Assembly (NCBI RefSeq): GCF_006345805.1
Contig: NC_043013.1
Coordinates: forward strand, 19,468,001 to 19,532,000
DNA from: Octopus sinensis
Lineage: Eukaryota
DNA length: 64,000 bases
Reading direction: 5' to 3'
Positions within the stretch are counted from its first letter, which is position 1. Each line of letters starts with the position of its first letter. The notes under the pieces are model-generated. The model did not search any database. It worked only from the letters and a program-made list of their open reading frames with translations, and had not been told where the DNA came from. Below, piece after piece: positions 54,902 to 64,000 of the stretch. The position numbers and the translations under genes were made by a program.

Positions 54902-55047
54902 GTGCGCTTGGAAGTATCAACACTCAACAAACAGCGTGGCTCAAAAGACTGGTTCAAATGTAAAGATAGAACACATACAAAAAACATCATTGCTTGGATC
55001 TACAACAGTCCTCCACAGGGTTCTTGATGCATGATCGGTAAACAAAT
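54902..55047 (+). mobile_element. R4/Dong-like C-terminal fragment, inverted copy of 52155-52301
   Basis: About 5 substitutions plus 1 indel over ~146 nt relative to the reverse complement of 52155-52301. Confidence 0.88.
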
Positions 55048-55661
55048 CCCTACTCCCCCTATGCACTCACATACACACCTATTTTTCCATATCTCATATT
55101 CGTACACACACAAACACGTGCGCGCACGCACACACACACACACATACTTGCGCCCGCGCACACACAAGCAAACACAAACGCTCATACATGGACATACACG
55201 CTCATTTATTGGCCCACAATAAAATTCCATAAAGAACAGATGTTCTTACGAAACAACTCCATCTTCCCTAGTCATTCCTCCGTGAAAAGCACCATTCATC
55301 AGAGATACAACTAATAAACACGCCCTTAATTACCTTTTCCAATAAACACATTCAAAGAAGCATTCAATTACAAACACCTTGCACTCACATACGAAAAATA
55401 CACGGAAAAATCCCCCAAAGCACATGTAAATTAAAATGAACAAATATTAAAATGAAACTGTCCACCACCAACTAATCAACAGTCCATAAACTAATTAATA
55501 CTCCCCTCCATAATTGCAAGAATACAGTCATTACACAAAAGAAATATCACATTCAACCAACGAGAAAGCAACAACCATCTCTCTTTCTCTCCTCCTCTTT
55601 CTTTCCCCCTCTCTCCGTCTCTCTCTCCCCCCTCTCTCTCTCTATATATATATATATATAA

Positions 55662-55705
<44 letters not shown>

Positions 55706-55712
55706 GTATATA

Positions 55713-55766
<54 letters not shown>

Positions 55767-55821
55767 ATATGTATGTATGTATGTATGTTTGTATGTATGT
55801 ATGTAGGTATATGTATATATA

Positions 55822-56388
55822 TTGGGTTGTCCGGAAAGTTTGTACCGGTTTTTAAAGGAGAGAAAATGTCAATAAATACTTGCCATTACATTTTTTTAAT
55901 CAACCAAATATGAACCATTTTGTTACACAATGCGTCTCCATATTTCCGTTAACTTGAAAATACCCTCTTCCCAGAATTGAGGTAGTTTCATGGCAAAGAA
56001 TTCATCAAGGTATCTTTTTACGTAATCCAAGGAATTGAAATATATACTATTAAGACTATTCTTCACAGACCTGAATAAGTGGAAATCCGAAGGAGCAATA
56101 TCTGGTGAATATGGAAAGTGGGGTAACACCTCCCAGCCGAGCTGCGGCAATTTTTGCCTTGTTCCCAAAGCATCAAGTTCCGAAATAGGATTTTATTATC
56201 ATCCATTTTAAAGGGTTAGAGAATTAACACAGGTTATAGGAACATAAACCTTATTTCACGAAAAGATAGCTTAAAATGTGCTCTAAATGGACGTGTAGTC
56301 AAATCCTATTTTATGGACTCAACCATGTTCTAAAATATGTCGAAAGGTAAGCTGCTATAAATCGGCACGAACTTTCCGGACAACCCAA
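55822..56388 (-). mobile_element. Internally deleted mariner (DD34D) element with both TIRs
   Basis: TIRs are TTGGGTTGTCCGGAAAGTT / AACTTTCCGGACAACCCAA. The ORF remnant reads TRQKLPQLGWEVLPHFPYSPDIAPSDFHLFRS..EEGIFKLTEIWRRIV*. Confidence 0.95.
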
Positions 56389-57251
56389 TTTATATATATA
56401 TCATCGTGTATAGAATCTCTTATAAGACATAAAATTGTGTTTCCCTTCAATCCCAAATAGTGGAGCTTTTCCCATTATTTTTACATTGTTACTACATACG
56501 TACAATATGTATTAATGTTACTGAAGCTCCAGCCAATATGGCAACTCTAATTTTTTCCTTGTTTCTTTTAATAGTTCTAACAGTTCTTTCGTTTGTATTT
56601 ATCTCGTTTTACAGTTACGGTTGAATGGAAATCGTACATAAATTTACCCTTTTCGGACTCAACAGGAACCGTTCAAAGCACAGAAATTTTCGCTTCGAAG
56701 AATTTCGTTTCAGGCTTTATTTTTTCTCACAACACTGGTGACCCAGATTATATATGTACATCCATTAATAAATCTGTTTTGTGGCCTCAGTCTAGCAGAT
56801 CTGAGGAGTCGCCTATATCGTTAAGAGCAAATTAAAGACGTGAAATCAATGATAACTCTCTGACCGGCCATAACGAACAACTACATAATATGTAGATTAT
56901 GCTCTGCTTTTAATTTTTAATTAAATTCATCTTTCATATGCATCGCTCTGGTATGATAGTAAATGGATCTCACACTATTTGTATATATTCATAGACTGGC
57001 GATTCTTTCCATCACCGGTTCGATTAAGGTAGGTGATGTTGACAAGCCACAAAAATGGCGAAATATCGTTATACATCATTCCAGAATGTGATTGGGAGAA
57101 AGTTTTCTCACCTGTCTACGACTTTCAGGTGTTTTAACACACAACGCTATGATGGAGTGGTTCCCAAAGCGTTTTGCGACTGTGATCCGGTGAACAAGCA
57201 AAATACAATACAAATACATAGATACACCACACCACAAATATATGTATACTT

Positions 57252-57283
<32 letters not shown>

Positions 57284-57290
57284 ACACACA

Positions 57291-57354
<64 letters not shown>

Positions 57355-57626
57355 GTATACATATATATATATATATTTGCGATTTATTTATTATTTTGCA
57401 CATTACTTAATCATCGGTATAATATTGATATTTTATATATAATATTTCTATTATATGTAATTTTCTAGATGGTGTAATTTAATTGTTCATTTTGAATTAA
57501 TAAAAGGTGTGTTTTTCTAATTTTTATAATATATCTTATATTTTGCGAAATTTGATTTAGTATTTCTAAATTGAATTTTGCCCTGTAAATTAGGAATAAT
57601 ATTCCCTCAAATTATACATACATACC

Positions 57627-57706
<80 letters not shown>

Positions 57707-59756
57707 CTTAAAAGTCATATTGTGCACGCATAAGGGCTATATGCTTTGGAATTTATACTATATATTCTTAGAAGTGAATTATATGTATTCGCACATTTGT
57801 TCCCTTTAGGAATGATGAGACAAGTTTATCTTTAATCAATTTTGTAACCTGCCTGTAATTCTTACCCTTCTTATTTTCTCTTTGTGAGCGAAAGTTTGTG
57901 GCTGGTCTCATGGTATACTGGTAACCTTGGGTATATAGAGATGTAAGTAGTGTACAGCAGAACAATGATGTCTTGTTACCAAACTACAGAAAGGAATCCA
58001 TTTCATAGTGGAGACAAAGAAACCATCTGGCAATTTGACAACGTTACTACTGTTGTCACTAAGATGAACCAGGCATATGAGTGCTAAATATGTCGCGTTC
58101 TGTTAAGGGTTAGCGTTTGAAATGATAACCTTTCAAACGATTATATATTGCCAATTTGGTTTATCTGTAGATTTCAATGTGTCTATGAACAGTAAAATTT
58201 GAAGAAGTTTTTTAATGTCTTCAATAAAGAATAACACTGTTTTTCCGTCATTGTCTGTTTTCTTTTATTTGTTCAACACACACACACCATTACCGATGCT
58301 AAAGAGGTGATAAAATCAAATTTATTACGACTAAATGAAGAATATAATTTAATAAATCTTTATTAAAGTATAATTTAAAACACATTTTAAAACATAATTG
58401 TAGAGAAATAATTATTATGTTCCCCAATGAGGTATTTATTAATCAAATCGATTGTCTTAAATATTTTACAAGATAATCAGAAGAAAAATAAAACGATATG
58501 TTGACAAGATAATGTCAAACACAGAAATATTCTTTGAAAACAAAAACCATCACTCAACGAAAAGGAATTTTCAACTTAACATTTTCTTTCTCTGGAACAA
58601 AGTAATGAAACAGTCTCACCCTAAAATGGCGGATCTGTGTATTATGTGTTTCGCTCTATAGTTTTCTTTGTTGATTTGTATTGTATTGTGGGAGGAAGTT
58701 GTTTGTGGTTTTGATGAAGTGTTATTACAAAGATTATTCCACTTTAATATCGCAAAATCTGCTTTTCTGTTGTGATATCACAGTCGTAGGTTTTTAGTGA
58801 ATTATCTTATAAAGCCAAAGAATATACGAAAAACAGAAAAGAATAAAATTGCCACCCAAACACACGCCGCTCCACTCTTTTCTGAAATTTCTTGAACAAA
58901 GCAGCTAAGTCTACATTATATTCTCAAATAAGATTACTCTAACTTATATGACTGTCAAACAATTGTAAAATCAATTTATCGGTCAATCAATGATACTATT
59001 GATTGATTACATTCCTGTTGTTCAACCATAGCACTGAAAAATGTCTTTCAGCTTTTCAATTGAAAAATCACTCCAGAGGGAAATAAAAGTAAGAAAGAAT
59101 GAAAGAATGAAAGAATAACAGTAAATAAAAGACGAATTGAAAGTATATATAAAAACGTTCTTACATGATACGAATAAAACGACAGAAATAATAGAAAGAA
59201 TGAAAGAAAAAGAAACGAAAAGAAAAAAAGCACAGATATAAAACTGTTTCAGTAGGTGTATATAAGAAGAGATATATATTTCATTGTAGCTCTGTGGGTG
59301 GTATTAGTCACCAATTCTTGATAACATCCCTAAAATAGACTTCCACTGAATAATTGGATAATGGTGAAGAATTTTCATTGTTGAACGCACAATCAATATC
59401 TCCTTCTCCACAGACCATGTGAGTAGTTTACTGTTGATCATGTCCCTTGGATTTCATTTGACTTGACAGTCTTTCACGGCGTCAAGATAAGACGGAATCT
59501 ATCTTAAGTAGTTGTTAATCAAAGTTTCAACGTGAATAAACTATGCTGCACTTTCTCAATGTTTCTCTGCCTATCAATAATCCGACTACGTGTATTGAAC
59601 GTGGTGGCGTTCAAATATGAAATGCGTCCAGAAAGTCCTCTACTTCCCTCCTCCATCCATTGACCAACTGACACACTAACAATGGCCGCAAACGGAAGGG
59701 AAGTGAAAGCAAGCTTTCAAAGACGGGAGACATTTCGGGAACGTAATTTTCTACAT

Positions 59757-59788
<32 letters not shown>

Positions 59789-60108
59789 GTAGTAGTAGTA
59801 GTAGTAGTAGTAGTAGGTATTAGTATTAGTAGTAGTAGTAGTAGCTTAAAGTCAAAATACGTTACTTTGTGGGAGAGATTGTACATAAATATGTAGACAC
59901 ACGCACAAGTAGTCTACACAATCAAATGTCTGTGTCGCAGGTTTTTTCTCAGTTTTCTTCCCCTAGAGAATTGTGACAACAGAGGAGCCTCCTACTCTCA
60001 ATGGGTGAACCTCACGCCTAGACACCAACCCAGGTATTTCCACCTCCCCGCGCATACATACATACGTACGTACATAAATACATATGAATATATATATGTA
60101 TACATCAC

Positions 60109-60139
<31 letters not shown>

Positions 60140-60570
60140 TGTATGTATGTATGTATGTATGTATGTATGAATGTCTGCATGTATGTATGTATGTATGCAT
60201 GTATGTGTGTTGTGTATGTGTGTGTGTGTATGCAAAAGAAGCAAAAAATTCTATTTTTCCTCTGCATAAATATATAATTACCAGAAAAAATAGAAATAGA
60301 AAACTCACAATTTATTCAGGTAGCTCCCTTAACGAGAAAACACTTGCAAAACAACTCCCTCCTTTGGCGTAGAGGGGAGGCATAATTAATTAGGAATTTA
60401 TATTTATAATAAATGTTTAGAATCGAGCGATTGTAAACCCTTAACAATGTGCGACGAAGATTACTACTGCGCGTTATTTAGATAGACGCCGGGACTTGTG
60501 CGCTTGTGCATAAGACTGTATGTCGTGCTTTGTACTCCTCCTCTTCTTCACCTTACTACTACTACTACAG

Positions 60571-60652
<82 letters not shown>

Positions 60653-60739
60653 CGATGCTGCTTCTGTTATGTTATTATTCCTCTGTCTCCTGTACCACAA
60701 AAATTAGCACCATTATTCTAAGGAAATACTATCACCATA

Positions 60740-61060
60740 TGCCACCTTATAATTCGGGCAAAATGTGCGGAAGAACAAATTGTGTAATTTGTGTTGAAAT
60801 ATTCGAAGATTCAGAGTATCGTTTCAAATAAGGACCAAATTTTAATGCATAATATTGCATACTTTCCTGGAAAATCCAATTATATGATAACTCGCTGCGG
60901 ATGTGGTGAAAATTACATTGGCCACGAAGGTTCACCAGTAAAAACATTCGCGACCTGTACAGGAAAAAATTCCACTCAGCAATCATTTAGATCGATGTGC
61001 AAACATTTAGACTAGGCAGCCAAATTTGGCGGAAGATGCAATAAAGTCACTAAGAATTTA
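60740..61060 (+). mobile_element. Penelope-like GIY-YIG endonuclease fragment
   Basis: CGRTNCVICVEIFEDSEYRFK ... NYMITRCGCGENYIG ... HLD. The CxxxxCxxC knuckle and YIG motif are present, with frameshifts. Confidence 0.8.
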
Positions 61061-61573
61061 GAAAGAAATATTCTTATTGAAAATTTAAATCATGTCTATA
61101 TATATATATATATATAATTAATTGATATCTAATTTTAATTTAGATTACAACCGTTGTGAAAATATATCTGTCTAGCCCCCTTTGGATACGGAAAGTACTT
61201 TAAGTTAACTTCTGCATTACCTAATATATTTACATCAAATTTAAGTTATTTAAAATACATAGCGTTTAAATTCTTTGTCATTTGGTGTATCTATAACAAA
61301 ATCATTTCCGCTTGACGCACAAAAGTCTATCTTAACTAACAGCAAGACATTATTCATATATTTCAATGACTACAGATCACTGGAAGAGAAACCGGTTTGT
61401 AAAAAAAGTATTTGGGAATATGTAATTATGTATTTTGAAACAATTTGATAGCAATAATGTATATTGGAATATTTTATTGAAAAGAAATTTATCCACTTTT
61501 TCTTCTTTATTGTTTCTTTTTGTATCTCATTATTTGTGTGGAATATTTTCAAACATATCTCTGTCACCCTTCT

Positions 61574-61624
<51 letters not shown>

Positions 61625-62329
61625 TGTGTGTGTTTGTGTGCATCTATATATATATATATATATATTTACATATACATATATATACACATATACATACATA
61701 TGTAAGTGTGTGTATGTATATTTATTTGTATATACATTGCATGTATGTCAGTACACACGCACATTATATCTATACTTATATGTATATACATACATGCACA
61801 CGTATAATACATCGCATGCATACACAATTATTTTCCGCCGATTTAACAACAAATGTATTTACTTTACCCCGAAGTTTCGTCTCGATGATCAAGTAGTCTA
61901 CAAAATATATTTATTGATACCTCACAGCTAGCGACAACTACAGAGATGATAATTGACAATTCGTGACAAACTTATTAAAATTATTTCTAGCATCAGCCAT
62001 TTTGTTATTTCCTCTCTATTATTAATAATATAATTAATAAAATAGTTATTTCAATATAATTAGTCAGTAGTCTAATTGATATTGCATGCTTTCAATTTAC
62101 TGTCGACTGCAGCTCTGTGGGTCATATATTTAGGATATGTATTGTTTTTATTTTGTTAGTTGTATTGTATTTAAAACACTCTGTGTATTATATGTACACT
62201 TCCTAGTATTACTGTTTTCTCTATGTTGTGCATATATATAAATCCCAAGGCGTGTCTGCATGCTTTGTTTTCGTTTTCATCATATAAATAGCATTTCTTA
62301 TTAGGATTGACAAGGCGGTGAATTGACAG

Positions 62330-62525
62330 AATCTTTAGCGCGCCGGATAAAATCCTTAGCGGAATTTCGTCCGTCTTCACGCCGAGGTCAAACTCGCCTA
62401 ACGTCCTTTATGGCCAACGAAATAAATAACAGCTGAGCATTAGGGTCAATCAAATAAATACCAGCTGAATACTGGGGTCAATGTAATCGACTATCCACCC
62501 ATACCCAAAATTTCATGCCTTGTGT
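62330..62525 (+). mobile_element. SINE family A, diverged
   Basis: TTAGCGCGCCGGATAAAATCCTTAGCGGAATTTCGTCC...CTGGGGTCAATGTAATCGACT. Confidence 0.75.
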
Positions 62526-62699
62526 CTTCACAGCCATTGTTGAGATTTTGCTTTGTTTATTTCTTTTGCGTTTAGTTTAAACCAGTATTTGTCATGAAGG
62601 GTCTTTTCTTGCCATCGTTTTATCATGATTCGTTGCTGATCCAGTTTTAGTTTGAAATTCAGTTATTTTACAGCTTTTGTTGTTTGTTTTCTCTTTTTT

Positions 62700-63150
62700 T
62701 TCTTAATAGTTGTTAGGTAGTATGACTTCTTGTCTGTATTTGTTAGCTTCCTTAAAGACTGCAAACAGTTTTTTTTTGTTTTGTTCGTATTTTGTGGTTA
62801 TTTCTATCAATTTTGCTTCCTTCTCAATTAGATATTTTTGTAGTCCTATGCTTATTACTTGGCAATAGTTTTCTAGCTGTATCAGGCCTCTACCACCTTC
62901 TATACGTTTTATATATAACCTTTCTCTGTCAGATTTTAGGTGGTGCATCCTAAATCCTGTCATTATTTTTCATGTTTTCCTGTCTATTTTGATTAGTTCA
63001 TTTAGAGTCAAGTTAAAAATATTGTAGCTGTATCTTATAACAGGGACGGTCAGAGCGTTGATACCTATTATCTTGTTTTCACATTGAGCTCTGTTTTCAG
63101 TATTAATCTAACTCGTCTATAGTATTCTTTTTTATTTTCTCTTTCATTTG
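62700..63150 (-). mobile_element. R4/Dong-like RT thumb-region fragment
   Basis: RVRLILKTELNVKNKIIGINALTVPVISYSY..KIDRKT*KIMTGFRMHHLKSDRERLYIKRIEGGRGLIQLE (RLYxxRxxGGRGL motif). Confidence 0.88.
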
Positions 63151-63308
63151 CGTGTGTTGTATCGTATCTAGTTCATTGATTCCTAACTATTTGCATGTCA
63201 GGCTTTGGTCTAATTCTCATATTTCATTTGCTTTATCTAGTGTGCTGTTGCTATTTTTAACTAGATTTCCTCTTTCCAAGGTTGCTTTATTATTATTATT
63301 ATTATTAT

Positions 63309-63578
63309 TGAGTGAGAGAGCAGTTCATGCCATCAAAGTGACACTGGGTAAAATATACGAAGCCCAATATACCCATCATGACTACCCGTCTGATAAGGGT
63401 ACACCAGGCACATGCATCACAACCATATGTGCGCGACATGGTGATCTCATATCAAGATAAATAGCGCATGACCTTGCAGGTGGGGCCCAGTTAGAATTTT
63501 CTTCAGGTTGAGTAGCCCATCCCGCTCAAAAGGTACCTGAATAAGGGTTGTTTAAGGATGTTGAAAGAACCACCCATG
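63309..63578 (-). mobile_element. Repeat family C, 3' part, between (TTA)n arrays
   Basis: Reverse complement of 16510-16742. Confidence 0.8.
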
Positions 63579-63641
<63 letters not shown>

Positions 63642-63736
63642 GTTGTTGTTATTGTTGTTGTTGTTGTTGTTGTTGTGGTTGTTGATGATGTTGTTGTCGT
63701 TGTTGTTGTTGGTCTTTTTCTTCTTTTTGTTGTTGC

Positions 63737-63787
<51 letters not shown>

Positions 63788-63794
63788 CATCATT

Positions 63795-64000
63795 ATTAAA
63801 AACTCTCGGATAGTTCTTAATTTCCGGTTGTTCTTTACTTGAATGCAATAACAAATCACCAAAGGTTTCAAGTAGTGCCTTCTCCTCTAACTCAAAGAGA
63901 CAATACTCTCCTTAGAATGCGAGCTGCACCCAACAATGCTGTCTTCTGGATCACTTCGATCCTGACAGCAGCTCCAATATTTTTTATATGTTTTTCAAAG
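63795..64000 (-). mobile_element. R4/Dong-like C-terminus plus 3' UTR running into (TAA/CAA)n
   Basis: FEKHIKNIGAAVRIEVIQKTALLGAARILRRVLSL*, then ~100 nt of UTR, then a trinucleotide tail. Confidence 0.85.

Noticed and set aside
59611-59886. Minus ORF ending WRREVEDFLDAFHI
   Set aside because: It starts in an (AGT)n repeat, and has no acceptor and no recognisable domain.
61860-61900. GAGACGAAACTTCGGGG on the minus strand, a hammerhead-like half
   Set aside because: The upstream core is truncated or unrecognisable.

Overview
AT-rich eukaryotic non-coding DNA dominated by microsatellites and decayed transposable elements. The SINE families, microsatellite load and TE mix match what I recognise from octopus (coleoid cephalopod) genomes; this is an inference and no database was checked. 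No intact host protein-coding gene can be supported, and nearly all listed ORFs are translated simple repeats. Recognisable contents are two abundant tRNA-derived SINE families plus two minor repeat families; fragments of L1/Tx1, R4/Dong-like, HERO-like and Penelope-like retroelements; Tc1, mariner and DD41D-type transposon relics; and two non-autonomous Helitrons. The most notable observations are: (1) two co-oriented, largely intact type I hammerhead ribozyme folds on the minus strand (22605-22690, 23342-23392) bracketing a 94-nt hairpin, plus three decayed hammerhead-like motifs; (2) SINE multimers that share one fixed tail-to-internal junction; (3) elements embedded in (TAA)n or (TATC)n arrays; (4) a SINE-in-transposase composite present twice; and (5) several unique-sequence islands with promoter or splice signals that may belong to an unannotated spliced transcript. 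TE boundaries are approximate unless termini are quoted.
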